DNA of 64,000 nucleotides from Candidatus Multivoradales bacterium (lineage in GTDB: Bacteria > Acidobacteriota > Thermoanaerobaculia > Multivoradales > Multivoraceae): assembly GCA_965223325.1 (NCBI GenBank), contig CBDCWI010000001.1, forward strand, positions 768,001 to 832,000, written 5' to 3'. The position numbers and the translations under genes are program-made. Of the stretch, positions 30,090 through 40,591 are shown piece after piece (position 1 is the first letter of the stretch; each line of letters starts with the position of its first letter). A model generated the notes under the pieces. The model made no database searches and was not told the origin of the DNA. It saw nothing but the letters and a program-made list of their open reading frames with translations.

Positions 30090-31235
30090 ATGAGTTCGGA
30101 CACAAAACGCCCGCCGTCCCCCCTCTTTCGCGGCCGAGCCGCACACATTGCCATCGCTCTCGTGTTCGCAGCGCTCGCGACCTCGACCGCTCTCGCCCAA
30201 GAGCGCATCTCTCAGCAAGCACTCGAAGACTTCATCGACAGCGCGGCAACCGCGGCCCTCGAAGAAGGCGCCGTCGGGCTCTCGATTGCCGTGTCGTTCG
30301 ACGACCACGTGGTGTTCGATGAGGCCTTCGGCCTCGCCGAGGTGGAACACGGCGTCAAGTCGGACAGAGACACCAGCTTTCGCATTGGCTCGATCACCAA
30401 GCAGTTCACAGCTGCCCTGGTCATGAAGCAGGTCGAGGCCGGCAAGATCTCACTCGACGCTCCGATCGGTGAGTACTACGACTTTCCGACCGGTGAGCAC
30501 ACTGTCACCGTGCGCCACCTGCTCACTCACACCTCGGGTATCCAGAGCTACACCAACCTTGGACCGGAGTGGTTCAAGACCATCCCACTCGAGTTGACAC
30601 ACCAACAACTGCTCGACATGGTCGATGACAAACCGTTTGAGTTCCCCCCCGGAACTGCGTACAACTACAACAACACTGGCTACTACCTGCTCGGAGTCAT
30701 CCTCGAAGAGGTCACCGGAAAGACCTACCCCGAGCTGATCAAAGAGGAGATCGCGGAACCCCTGGGACTCGACCGGACCCGCTACGGTTCCAATCGAGAC
30801 ATCATCAAGAACCGAGCTCAGGGCTATTCGAAATTCAACTCGAAACTGGCCAACGACGGCTTGATCGGCATGTCGCAGCCGGGGGCAGCCGGTGCCCTCT
30901 TGTCGACCGCCGGTGATCTGGTGCGCTGGCAGGAGGCACTGGCGGGAGGCAAGGTCGTTTCGCCGGCGAGCTACGCGCTGATGACGACGCCCTATGAAAC
31001 CAGCGATGGCGAGAGCACCGGCTACGGCTTCGGGCTCGGAATCGGCGACGCTGACGGCCTCGTCGCCGTTCGACATGGCGGCGGAATCAACGGTTTCAAT
31101 TCGATGCTCACCCACTTCCCCGCAACCGATGTCACCATCGCGGTGATCTCGAACAGCGAAACCTACGCTGCCAGCGATCTTGCGACCCAGATCGGCCGGC
31201 GAATCCATGGCAAGAACGTCGAGGGCGGGGACTGA
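30090..31235 (+). CDS. Secreted serine hydrolase, beta-lactamase class C/AmpC-like family
   Basis: FRIGSITK (SxxK), LLTHTSG, YNYNNTGY, HGGGINGF. Confidence 0.92.
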   Translation: MSSDTKRPPSPLFRGRAAHIAIALVFAALATSTALAQERISQQALEDFIDSAATAALEEGAVGLSIAVSFDDHVVFDEAFGLAEVEHGVKSDRDTSFRIGSITKQFTAALVMKQVEAGKISLDAPIGEYYDFPTGEHTVTVRHLLTHTSGIQSYTNLGPEWFKTIPLELTHQQLLDMVDDKPFEFPPGTAYNYNNTGYYLLGVILEEVTGKTYPELIKEEIAEPLGLDRTRYGSNRDIIKNRAQGYSKFNSKLANDGLIGMSQPGAAGALLSTAGDLVRWQEALAGGKVVSPASYALMTTPYETSDGESTGYGFGLGIGDADGLVAVRHGGGINGFNSMLTHFPATDVTIAVISNSETYAASDLATQIGRRIHGKNVEGGD

Positions 31236-31243
31236 TCGCCACC

Positions 31244-32068
31244 ATGCGCTTCTCGATCCGCCTACGCCCCCGCCTCGGCCCTGCCCTGTGGTTCGCGCTC
31301 GCACTGGCCGGGGTGTTCTCGCCTGGCCAGCCGCACGGGCCCTCGCCCCTCGGGGCTCTGCCCGTTCCCCAGGAGGAATCTCCAGACCGCGAAACGCTTC
31401 GAACGATCGACGATCTGCTCGGCAAACTCCGCACCCAGCTCGAGCAGCTTTCCGACGAGCAGGAACGGGAACGAGCTCTGACACTCATCGAACGACTGGA
31501 GGGACACCTGGCATCGATCGGTGAAGAATCGAGCGGTGAGCCTGCGCCGGTCGCTGCGCCTGCGCCAACTCCCGCCCGCACACGGGCGGCGGTCGAATCG
31601 GTGAACGCCGAGGTGCCACTCCCGGCACCTTCGGGCTGTCTGGCCCTCGTCTGGATGGACAGCAACGCGGACGGCAAGCTCAGCGGAGCCGATCGCTACT
31701 GGCGCCACCTCAGGCTGCGCACTTCCGACGGGAAGACCACTGCCCTCTTCGCCCTCGGCGTGCGCGAGATGGCTCTCGACCTGCGGACCTGGAAAGGCGC
31801 CAAAGAGCTCGTCGGCGACGTTCTCCTGGAGGGCTGGCGAAGCGCCAATCCCAACGGCTCGATCTGGCTGCGGCTCGAGAGTAAACGTCGCCGAGCCCCC
31901 ACGCGGGGCCAGTTGGCACTCGACGGTGAGAGTCTGGCGCGAAGCGGCGGCCCTCGCCTGGTGAGCCCCGCCGAAGCGCAGCACGAAACGGTCTACGTTC
32001 TCCGCCCGGGCCAGGTTCTGGAACGAGCGAACGGCGAGCGTTTCACCCTCGGCTGCGGGCCGCGGTGA
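31244..32068 (+). CDS. Secreted hypothetical protein with an EF-hand-like loop
   Basis: Signal peptide, coiled coil, Pro/Ala linker, WMDSNADGKLSGAD. Confidence 0.6.
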   Translation: MRFSIRLRPRLGPALWFALALAGVFSPGQPHGPSPLGALPVPQEESPDRETLRTIDDLLGKLRTQLEQLSDEQERERALTLIERLEGHLASIGEESSGEPAPVAAPAPTPARTRAAVESVNAEVPLPAPSGCLALVWMDSNADGKLSGADRYWRHLRLRTSDGKTTALFALGVREMALDLRTWKGAKELVGDVLLEGWRSANPNGSIWLRLESKRRRAPTRGQLALDGESLARSGGPRLVSPAEAQHETVYVLRPGQVLERANGERFTLGCGPR

Positions 32069-32142
32069 AGTAGCCGCCGGTTGGCAATCGAAAGCACTGC
32101 ACATCCCCCCTTCATCGGCGCCGTCCGTGGTAAGAAGAACGG

Positions 32143-33993
32143 ATGTCCCCATCCCGCCCCTCTGACAGCGAGGAGGCTCCAGACGACGTCGCAGAGCCCG
32201 AAGGCTCAGGCGACGCCGTCAGAGAGCCTTCTTCAGCCGACGCCAATGCGGCGGTGGAACCGCCGGCCGCCAACGCGCTGTCACGCATGCCAGAGGTCTT
32301 CGCCAGGGCCATGGCAGCTCAGGGGTTCAGCGAGCTGACGCCGGTTCAGGAGGCGGTGCTCGACTCCCGACTCAGCGGCCGTGACCTGCGCATCTCTTCG
32401 CAGACCGGCTCGGGCAAGACGGTCGCGCTGGGATTCGTGGTGTCGAATGCCCTCCTCGACGAAGATGGCAAGCGGAAGAAGGGCGCTCCCTCGGGACCTC
32501 GCGTCCTGATGATCGCACCCACGCGCGAGCTGGCGGCGCAGCTGGGGCGTGAACTTTCCTGGCTCTACGGCGGCGTCCGGCCGGGAATTGCCGTCGTCAC
32601 CGGGGGGACCGCCGTCGGCGGTGACGTGCGCGCGCTCGCGGCACGACCCGAGATCGTCGTGGGAACTCCCGGTCGCCTGGTCGACCTCATCGAGCGAGGC
32701 GTACTCAGCGTGGCGGGCCTGGAGGCAGTGGTCCTCGACGAGGCTGACGAGATGCTCGACATGGGCTTTCGCGAAGAGCTCGAGAACATTCTCGATCGAA
32801 CCCCCGAGCGCCGCCGCACGATCATGGCCTCTGCGACTTTCAGAGCGTCGGTCGACCAGCTCGCCAACCGATACCAGACCGACGCCATCATGGTCGAGGG
32901 GACAGTCGGTTCGTCGCATCAGGACATCAGCCACAGCGCCGTCCTCGTCGAGACACGCCATCGCATGGACACGATGGTCAACCTGCTCCTGCTGCATCGC
33001 GATCAGCGCGTCCTGGTTTTCGTGCGTACCCGGGTCGCCGCCGCCGGCATTGCTGGCGAGCTGAACGCACTGGGGTTCTCCGTCAGCGCCCTCAGTGGCG
33101 AGATGGCGCAGCGCGAGCGCGCTCGCTGCCTGGCCGAGTTTCGCGCCCACCGCCTGCAATGTGTGGTGGCGACTGACGTCGCCTCGCGCGGGCTGGACAT
33201 CCGCGGCGTTCAACAAATCGTGCACTACGACCTGCCGGAAAGCCACGAGGCCTTCACCCATCGCAGCGGCCGCACAGGTCGTGCCGGTGACAAGGGAGAG
33301 AGCACGATTCTGGTGCCGCCGCGCTCCCGCCAGAGAATCGAGCGCCTCTTTCGGCAAGCCAAGGTCAAGGCAAAATGGAAGAGCCCGCCAACCCCGGCCA
33401 TCATCCGGAAGGCGAACCGCAAGCGGCTGCTCAGGAAGTTCGGTGCCTGGAAGAGTGAGCACGACCCCCGAGAGACCGGCCCGCCCGAACTGCGTGAGCT
33501 GGCTGCCAAGCTCCTCGACCAGCGTCCCGCTCTCGACCTGGTAACCGAGCTCCTACAGGAGGTCGGAGTCGACGGGCCAACCCCGCCCCGAACGATTCCG
33601 GAGGCCAGGTCATCGCGGGCGTCGAAAGCACACTCCGGGTCGGAACAGGGAGAGCGTAGGGGACCGCGTCGTGGCGGCCCTCGCGGCGGCGGTGATGGGC
33701 GATTCGTCCCGTTCCATGTCAGCTGGGGCTCGAAGCACGGTGCCAACCCCAAGAACATGCTCGCTCACGTCTGTCGGCGAGGCCGAATAACCGGCAGCCA
33801 GGTTGGTGCGATCAAGATCCACGACTTCCGCTCGGTGGTCGATATCGCCATCGAAACTGCCGAAGCCTTCGAAAAGGCGACGGCGAAAAAGGACCCGCGG
33901 AACCCCAAAGTGCGCATCCAGCGGTTCATCCCCCACGACCAGCGCCCACCGCCGAAGAAATTCGGCAAGAAGCAGAGTAAAGGGCGCAAGTAG
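32143..33993 (+). CDS. DEAD-box RNA helicase with DbpA-type RNA-binding domain (DeaD/CsdA-like)
   Basis: LTPVQ, QTGSGKT, PTRELA, TPGR, DEAD, SAT, TDVASRGLD, HRSGRTGRAG; C-terminal VGAIKIHD. Confidence 0.95.
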   Translation: MSPSRPSDSEEAPDDVAEPEGSGDAVREPSSADANAAVEPPAANALSRMPEVFARAMAAQGFSELTPVQEAVLDSRLSGRDLRISSQTGSGKTVALGFVVSNALLDEDGKRKKGAPSGPRVLMIAPTRELAAQLGRELSWLYGGVRPGIAVVTGGTAVGGDVRALAARPEIVVGTPGRLVDLIERGVLSVAGLEAVVLDEADEMLDMGFREELENILDRTPERRRTIMASATFRASVDQLANRYQTDAIMVEGTVGSSHQDISHSAVLVETRHRMDTMVNLLLLHRDQRVLVFVRTRVAAAGIAGELNALGFSVSALSGEMAQRERARCLAEFRAHRLQCVVATDVASRGLDIRGVQQIVHYDLPESHEAFTHRSGRTGRAGDKGESTILVPPRSRQRIERLFRQAKVKAKWKSPPTPAIIRKANRKRLLRKFGAWKSEHDPRETGPPELRELAAKLLDQRPALDLVTELLQEVGVDGPTPPRTIPEARSSRASKAHSGSEQGERRGPRRGGPRGGGDGRFVPFHVSWGSKHGANPKNMLAHVCRRGRITGSQVGAIKIHDFRSVVDIAIETAEAFEKATAKKDPRNPKVRIQRFIPHDQRPPPKKFGKKQSKGRK

Positions 33994-34209
33994 GCACCGA
34001 ACCAGAGGCCTCTGGCGCGTCGATGAGCGCGCGCACGATCTCTACGGGAAGGCCGCGGCTTTTCTACGGGGAAACACCTGAATCCGAGACCAGCGCCGTG
34101 CGAGTACAATCACGGACCGTTTTTGCCGCAGACGCCCGCCGGAGTTGCAGCTCACAGAAACCTGTCACCCGGAACCACTCTCTCCGTTAAGGGTTCCGAG
34201 GAAGTTGAG

Positions 34210-35181
34210 ATGACGCGTACGACCCCGACCCCCGCTACCGAAGAAACACTATCGCCACGAGGTGCGAGCTCGCGAATTCGCGCGGTCGTCGACCGCCAGG
34301 TGCTCTCCGATGAGACCGCCAGCCTGATCGAACAGATCAACCAGGCCCGGCGCGGAATGAAGAAGAAGGAGCGGCGCGAACTGGTCGACGCCGCGCTCCT
34401 GCGCTACTTCCAGTCAACCAGTCTCAAGCCCTACCAGGCCGAGCTCATCAAGCTGCAGCAACACATCGAGCGCACCAAGAGGAAGGCGATCATCCTCTTC
34501 GACGGGCGCGATGCGTCGGGCAAGGGCGGCACCATTCGTCGTGTCACCCGTTACATGAACGAAAAGCACTACCGGGTGGTGGCGCTCGGCAAGCCCACCG
34601 CCGAACAGCGCACCGAGCTCCACATGAAGCGCTACATCGAGCAGTTTCCCCACGCTGGCGAGATGGTCCTTTTCGATCGCAGCTGGTACAACCGGGCGAT
34701 GGTCGAGCCGGTGATGGGCTTCTGTACGCGCAAGCAGTACAAGCAGTTCATCAAACAGGTGCCGGGTTACGAGAGCCGCATCATTGCCGACGGCAAGACG
34801 GCACTCATCAAGCTCTACTTCTCCGTTTCGAAAGTCGAGCAGCAGCGGCGCTTCAACCGCCGTCGCAACGATCCTCTCCGGCAGTGGAAGCTCAGCGAAG
34901 TCGATCTCCAGGCCCAGGAATTGTGGGACGAGTTCACGGAGATGAAGTACAGACTGCTCAAGAGGACCCATACCGAGGAATCACCCTGGTGGGTCATCCG
35001 CTCCGACAACAAGCACAAGGCTCGGCTCGAGACCATCAAACTCATCCTCAACCAGATCAAGTACCGGGGCCGCAGGCGTTCACTCGACTTCTCGCCAAAC
35101 CCCGAGGTGGTGATCCCTGGCAACGTTGAGATGGAGCTGATGAAGAAGCAAAAACGCAAGCACGGTAAATTCACCAGCTGA
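34210..35181 (+). CDS. ppk2: Polyphosphate kinase 2
   Basis: FDGRDASGKGG, FDRSWYNRAMVEPVMGFC, DPLRQWKLSEVD, PWWVIRSDNK. Confidence 0.93.
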   Translation: MTRTTPTPATEETLSPRGASSRIRAVVDRQVLSDETASLIEQINQARRGMKKKERRELVDAALLRYFQSTSLKPYQAELIKLQQHIERTKRKAIILFDGRDASGKGGTIRRVTRYMNEKHYRVVALGKPTAEQRTELHMKRYIEQFPHAGEMVLFDRSWYNRAMVEPVMGFCTRKQYKQFIKQVPGYESRIIADGKTALIKLYFSVSKVEQQRRFNRRRNDPLRQWKLSEVDLQAQELWDEFTEMKYRLLKRTHTEESPWWVIRSDNKHKARLETIKLILNQIKYRGRRRSLDFSPNPEVVIPGNVEMELMKKQKRKHGKFTS

Positions 35182-35186
35182 GAACC

Positions 35187-36359
35187 ATGGCAAGGACTAG
35201 AAAGAAGAGGCGCGGTAGGAAGGTGGCCCAGAAAGCAAAGAAGAAGCCGACCGAGAAGAAGGTCGCGAAGAAGAAGGCCGCGAAGAAGAGGGCCACTAAG
35301 AAGGTGGCCAAGAAGAGCGCAGCCAAGAAACGGGCCGCAACCAGAAAGAGGAGCGCGGCCACGCAACCCAGGAGCAAGAAGGCCTCCGGGAGGCGAGTGG
35401 CTGCCAAGGGGGTAAAGGGAAGTAGAGGAACTCCGAAGCCCACCGCCGCCAGCAAGCGCGCCGAGGCGAAGAGCGCGCAGTCCAGCAAACAGAAGCTCAC
35501 CGAACATCGTGCCCGCAAGAGCGTCGACAGCACGCCTTCGAAGAAGCGGCACGCCGTCTGGGTCAAAAAGAAGACGCTCGCCTACGAGCAGGAGCTCCAT
35601 CGACTGCAGATCGAGCTCGCCAAGATGCAATCAGATGTCAGGCAAGACGGAAGGCGGATCGTCCTGGTCTTCGAGGGGCGCGACGCCGCCGGCAAGGGCG
35701 GCACCATCAAGCGCTTCAACGAGCACCTCAACCCGCGTGGCGCGCGGGTTGTGGCGCTCGAGAAGCCCAGCGACCGGGAAGTCACCCAGTGGTACTTCCA
35801 ACGCTACGTCGTACACCTTCCGGCGGCCGGGGAGATCGTCTTCTTCGACCGCAGTTGGTACAACCGGGCACTCGTTGAGCCGATCATGGGGTTTTGCACC
35901 GACGAAGAAAACAAGCGCTTCATCAAGGACGTGCCCCTGTTCGAGCAAATGCTGGTCAAAGACGGCATTCAGCTCTTCAAGTTCTACTTTTCGGTGTCGA
36001 AGAAGGAGCAGCGGCGGCGCTTCGACTCCCGCAAGACAGACCGTCTCAAGCACCACAAGATCTCGCCAGTCGACGAGCGCGCCCAGGAGCTCTGGGATCA
36101 CTACACCGTCAAGAAGTTCCAGATGCTGTCTGAGACCAACCGCACGATCGCCCCCTGGACGATCATCCGCTCCGACAACAAGAAGCTGGCGCGCCTCAAC
36201 TGCATCAAACACGTGCTCTCGCACGTCGAATACGAGGACAAGGCACCGAGGAAGGATCTCGATCCGGACCCGAAGATCGTCGTCTCTGGAATCGACGAGC
36301 TCAAGATGATGGAACAGAGTCTGATGACCCACGTGCCGGTGCGCGAACTCTCGACCTGA
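35187..36359 (+). CDS. ppk2: Polyphosphate kinase 2 with Lys/Ala-rich histone-H1-like N-terminal extension
   Basis: About 130-aa basic tail (KKVAKKKAAKKRATKKVAKK), then FEGRDAAGKGG, FDRSWYNR, PWTIIRSDNKK. Confidence 0.92.
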   Translation: MARTRKKRRGRKVAQKAKKKPTEKKVAKKKAAKKRATKKVAKKSAAKKRAATRKRSAATQPRSKKASGRRVAAKGVKGSRGTPKPTAASKRAEAKSAQSSKQKLTEHRARKSVDSTPSKKRHAVWVKKKTLAYEQELHRLQIELAKMQSDVRQDGRRIVLVFEGRDAAGKGGTIKRFNEHLNPRGARVVALEKPSDREVTQWYFQRYVVHLPAAGEIVFFDRSWYNRALVEPIMGFCTDEENKRFIKDVPLFEQMLVKDGIQLFKFYFSVSKKEQRRRFDSRKTDRLKHHKISPVDERAQELWDHYTVKKFQMLSETNRTIAPWTIIRSDNKKLARLNCIKHVLSHVEYEDKAPRKDLDPDPKIVVSGIDELKMMEQSLMTHVPVRELST

Positions 36360-36430
36360 AGCCCCACACTTGGGCCGAGGTATCGTGGCAGCTCGCTCCG
36401 AAATCTCAACGGCAGTCCGAGGTCCGCTTC

Positions 36431-38119
36431 ATGAAATCCACTGGTCCGAGTCCCATTCGCCCTCGGCACGCCTCACCGTTTCTTGTCGCCATTGCGCTGG
36501 CGGTGGTCGCAGCGGGTGCTATCGCCAGTGCAGCCGTCGCTCAAGACACGCCCGGAGCCGAACGCGACCCGGTCCCCGCGCGCAGCGAGGGCGAGGGACC
36601 GTGGCCGCAGTTGATTCTGCGCGGCGCCAATCTGGTCGACGGAACCGGCGCTCCGACGCGCGGCCCGGTCGACCTGGTGATCGAGAACAACCGCATCGCT
36701 GCCATTCGGGTCGTCGGGACACCGCGTTCGGGACCCGACCCGAAGCGGCGGCCGGAACTCGCCGATGGCGGCCACGAGATCGACGCATCGGGAATGACCA
36801 TTCTCCCTGGCTTCGTCGACCTGCATGGCCACCAGCACACCGAGAGCTCTGAGCAGGGAGTCCCCGCCACCTACATCCACAAGCTGTGGCTTTCGCACGG
36901 CATCACCACTACGGCCGACGTCGGCAACTTCGATGTCGACTGGTTGATGCTCCAGAAAAAGCGGTCAGCGGCCAACGAAATCACTGCACCACGCTTTCAT
37001 GCCTACGTCATCTTTGGCTCAGGCAGTGAGAGACCCATCGCAACCCCCGACGACGCCCGGGAATGGGTGCGCTGGGTCAAAGAGAAAGGGGCAGACGGCA
37101 TCAAGTTTTTCGGCGCCCCGCCGCGCATCCTGCGCGCCGCTCTCGACGAGGCAGGCAAACAGGGCCTGCGAAGCACCGAACACCACGCACAGGTCGACGT
37201 CATCGACATGAACGTGCTCGAGACTGCCCGCGCCGGGTTGACCTCGATGCAGCACTGGTACGGCCTGCCTGAGGCGCTGTTCGAAGACCAGTTGATCCAG
37301 GACTATCCGCTCGACTACAACTACGACGATGAGGCCCACCGCTTCGGCGAGGCGGGCCGCCTATGGAAGCAGGCTGCCCGGCCTGGCAGCGAACGCTGGA
37401 ACGCGGTCATGGAGGAGCTGCTCGAGCTCGACTTCACGATCGTTCCGACCTACGTTGCCTACCTGGCGAGCCGCGACCTCATGCGCCAGTCGCGAAACGA
37501 GTGGCATGCGCTCTATACACTACCCGTCCTGTGGGATTTCTATCGCCCGAGTCCGACGTCGCATGGTTCCTATTGGTTCGACTGGACGACCACCAACGAG
37601 ATCGACTGGCGCGACAACTACCGCCTGTGGATGCAGTTCGTCAACGAGTACAAGAACCGCGGCGGGCGCGTTGGCCTGGGCAGTGACTCGGGCTACATCT
37701 ACAACCTCTACGGCTTCGGCTACATCCAGGAGATGGAACTGATGCAGGAGTCGGGCTTCCACCCGCTCGAGGTCTTGCGCTCAGCAACCCTCCGCGGTGC
37801 CGAGGCCTTGGGCGCCGACGAAGAGATCGGAACCATTCACATCGGCAAGCTCGCCGACCTGGTTGTCGTTCCTGGCAACCCGGTGGCCAATCTCAAGTTG
37901 CTCTTCGGCACCGGTTCGCTGCACTACAACCAGGAGACTGGGACGATGGAACGCGCCGGCGGCATTCGCTGGGTCATAAAGGACGGCATCGTCTATGACG
38001 CCCGGGAGCTCCGCGCCGACGTTCGCGAAATGGTCGCGGCGAGCCGTCGCGAGCGAGGCCTGCCACCGCCACCGATGCCGCTCTTCATCGATAGCAACTA
38101 CGACGAGAGTCTCCCCTAG
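36431..38119 (+). CDS. Secreted amidohydrolase family protein
   Basis: ILPGFVDLHGH, GADGIKF, GSDSG, GKLADLVVV. Confidence 0.9.
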   Translation: MKSTGPSPIRPRHASPFLVAIALAVVAAGAIASAAVAQDTPGAERDPVPARSEGEGPWPQLILRGANLVDGTGAPTRGPVDLVIENNRIAAIRVVGTPRSGPDPKRRPELADGGHEIDASGMTILPGFVDLHGHQHTESSEQGVPATYIHKLWLSHGITTTADVGNFDVDWLMLQKKRSAANEITAPRFHAYVIFGSGSERPIATPDDAREWVRWVKEKGADGIKFFGAPPRILRAALDEAGKQGLRSTEHHAQVDVIDMNVLETARAGLTSMQHWYGLPEALFEDQLIQDYPLDYNYDDEAHRFGEAGRLWKQAARPGSERWNAVMEELLELDFTIVPTYVAYLASRDLMRQSRNEWHALYTLPVLWDFYRPSPTSHGSYWFDWTTTNEIDWRDNYRLWMQFVNEYKNRGGRVGLGSDSGYIYNLYGFGYIQEMELMQESGFHPLEVLRSATLRGAEALGADEEIGTIHIGKLADLVVVPGNPVANLKLLFGTGSLHYNQETGTMERAGGIRWVIKDGIVYDARELRADVREMVAASRRERGLPPPPMPLFIDSNYDESLP

Positions 38120-38142
38120 GAGCCCGGCTCTACAATAGCGAC

Positions 38143-39369
38143 TTGATCGTTCGCCATTTCACACCTCTGGTCCTGGTTCTTCTGAGCATCGAGTTCCTGG
38201 ACGAGCTGGTCTCCGGCGTGCCGGGAGCCGGCGCGCACGAGATCCAGCAGGGTTTCGTCGTTTCACACACCAGCATGGGAGCGCTGATCACCGCCTTCGG
38301 CCTGCTCGCCCTGTGGGTCGAGCCACCACTCTTCTTTCTTGCCGACCGCTACCCGCGGCGCTGGTTTGTTTGCGGAGGAATGCTGGCACTCGGAGCGAGC
38401 TGTCTGATGGCGGCTGCGGCACCGAGCTACTGGTGGTTGTTCGCTGCTCTCTTGTTGTTCGGGCCGGCTTCGGGGATGGGGGTTGGGCTCTCGCAGGCGA
38501 CCTTGATCGACGCCGACCCAGGGCACACCGAACGCTGGTTGACGCGCTGGACGCTGGCCGGCGAAGTCGGCGACCTCGCAACCCCTGCCCTGGTCGCCGT
38601 GATGATCACCCTCGGCTGGGGATGGCGGGGTGCTTTCGCTGCCTGTGGGGTCCTGGCGATCAGCCAAGGTGTCGCGCTCTGGTTTCAAGAGTTTCCAGAC
38701 GACGCCTTCGCGCGAAACGTCTCAGAGGACAGCGGCGCCGCAACCGAAACCACCCGGGAAGCCGGCCGCGAGGACGAAGAACCGAACTGGCGCCAAGCCA
38801 TCGGCCTCGCGCTCTCGAACCGCGCCCTGCTCCTGTGGTCTTTAGCGCTCGTCGCATGTGCCTTGCTGGATGAAATCCTGGTGGTGTTTGGTGTCTTGCA
38901 CATGACCCGCGATCTCGGCTTCTCGGAACCCCGGGCGCTGTTGGTGATTGCGGCCATGAGCGCTGGCGGAATCGCCGGCCTGGTTGCATCCGAGGCCCTG
39001 CACGACCGCTTCCCGCCGCTGCGACTCCTGGTGGCGACCTGCATCTTCACCCTCGCGGCGCTCTTCGGCTTCGTCTACTCGACCCGTCTCTTGACCCTGG
39101 TGATCTGGGGCCTCCTGCTCGGACTCGGAATCGCCCTCCAGTACCCGCTGGCCAAAGCCCAGCTCTACCGAACCATTCCCGGGCAGACTGGCACCGCTCT
39201 GGCCGTCGCCGGCCTCTTCGGCCCGATCGACCTGGCTCTGCCGATCGCGGTGGGCTTTGTCGCCGATCGCGCCGGTCTCGTCGCCGCGCTCCTGGTTCTC
39301 GGTCTACAACCCGTCGTTCTCCTCGTTGTCGCCTGGATCGCTGTAGAGCGAGCGCCGGCCGGCAGCTAG
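38143..39369 (+). CDS. MFS transporter
   Basis: About 12 TM helices; LADRYPRR and VGFVADRAG. Confidence 0.85.
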   Translation: MIVRHFTPLVLVLLSIEFLDELVSGVPGAGAHEIQQGFVVSHTSMGALITAFGLLALWVEPPLFFLADRYPRRWFVCGGMLALGASCLMAAAAPSYWWLFAALLLFGPASGMGVGLSQATLIDADPGHTERWLTRWTLAGEVGDLATPALVAVMITLGWGWRGAFAACGVLAISQGVALWFQEFPDDAFARNVSEDSGAATETTREAGREDEEPNWRQAIGLALSNRALLLWSLALVACALLDEILVVFGVLHMTRDLGFSEPRALLVIAAMSAGGIAGLVASEALHDRFPPLRLLVATCIFTLAALFGFVYSTRLLTLVIWGLLLGLGIALQYPLAKAQLYRTIPGQTGTALAVAGLFGPIDLALPIAVGFVADRAGLVAALLVLGLQPVVLLVVAWIAVERAPAGS

Positions 39370-39428
39370 GCCATCCTCTCGTCGGCCAGACCGCGACAAG
39401 CTCGCGAGCAGAGGCTACGATCGCCCCG

Positions 39429-40103
39429 ATGCCAGAAGCCGATCTCTACTTGCCGATCAAGCAGTTCCTCGAGGCCCAGGGGTACGAGGTCAAAGGCGAA
39501 GTCGGAGCCTGTGACGTCGTCGCCCTGCGGGGCGACGAGGAACCGGTGGTCGTTGAACTCAAGGAACGGCTGACCCTCACTCTGGTCCTCCAGGCCGTCG
39601 ATCGGTTGAGAGTGTCCGATGCGGTCTATGTCGCTTTCCGCATCGGCAAGGGCCACAGTGCAGCGTGGCGCACGAGCAGGAAGCGGGTCATGGCACTGGC
39701 ACGACGCCTGGGACTGGGACTCCTCACCGTCTCGGCACGAGGCAAGGTCGTGCCGGTGCTCGACCCAGGCCCCTATCGCCCGCGACCCGACAAGCGGCGG
39801 CGCCGGCGTCTGCTCAAGGAGTTCAGCGAGCGCATCGGCGATCCCACGATCGGCGGCTCGTCTTCGAGCCCACGCCTGACCGCCTACCGGCAAGACGCCA
39901 TCCGCTGCGCGCGGGCCCTCGAGGGAGCCGGTGTGCTCGAGCTGAAGACCCTGCGCGAACAAACCGGCGTCGAGCGCGCCGGGCCGATTCTGCGCGACAA
40001 CCACTACGGATGGTTCGCCCGCAAGAAGCGCGGGCACTATGAGCTCACTCCCCGGGGTCGCGAGGAACTCGAAAGCTGGCGCGCATTCCTGGACCAACCC
40101 TGA
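39429..40103 (+). CDS. DUF2161 family putative PD-(D/E)XK phosphodiesterase
   Basis: EADLYLPIKQFLEAQGYEVKGEV, CDVVA, VVELK, TAYRQDA, ILRDNHYGWF. Confidence 0.88.
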   Translation: MPEADLYLPIKQFLEAQGYEVKGEVGACDVVALRGDEEPVVVELKERLTLTLVLQAVDRLRVSDAVYVAFRIGKGHSAAWRTSRKRVMALARRLGLGLLTVSARGKVVPVLDPGPYRPRPDKRRRRRLLKEFSERIGDPTIGGSSSSPRLTAYRQDAIRCARALEGAGVLELKTLREQTGVERAGPILRDNHYGWFARKKRGHYELTPRGREELESWRAFLDQP

Positions 40104-40238
40104 GGCCTAATCCGGAAGGGTATGGGGTCTATCCGAACGGATACGCCTTACGCCGCGGCGACCACTTTTGCGGCCTCCTCGCGCTCTTTGGCCCGTGGCC
40201 CGCCTGTTGCACCATGTGTTGCACTCGTGCCTGAAAGA

Positions 40239-40406
40239 CATCTGCAGTCGCTTGTCGACAACTACCCAGCCGACGAAGCCGGGCGATCTTCTTCGACGAC
40301 CTACCGACCTACCACTACCTGGCGCCCCTGCACTACTACCTGGGCCGCGGCCTCGAACGACGAGATGGTACGAGACGCAGAGCGGCGCGTCGAGAGCCAG
40401 GGTTGA
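40239..40406 (+). pseudogene. Possible deleted and frameshifted remnant of a TPR-containing protein C-terminus
   Basis: Protein-like pieces in alternating frames: [50 protein letters not shown]-stop. Family resemblance is from memory and unverified. Confidence 0.35.
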
Positions 40407-40591
40407 TCGAGCCAGTGCCTTCCGGGAATCGCGGCCAGACTCAGTCTGCGATCGACCTACGCCGCCAGCTCGCGCGGCCTGGCGGATCGACGGCCGCTAG
40501 CGAGTACGATGGGGACCCTCGCGCCCTTCTCCGGCGGCATTCCGGGAGGGCTCTCAGTCTGCCGACGGACCAGACCGGCAACAAGAACTCC

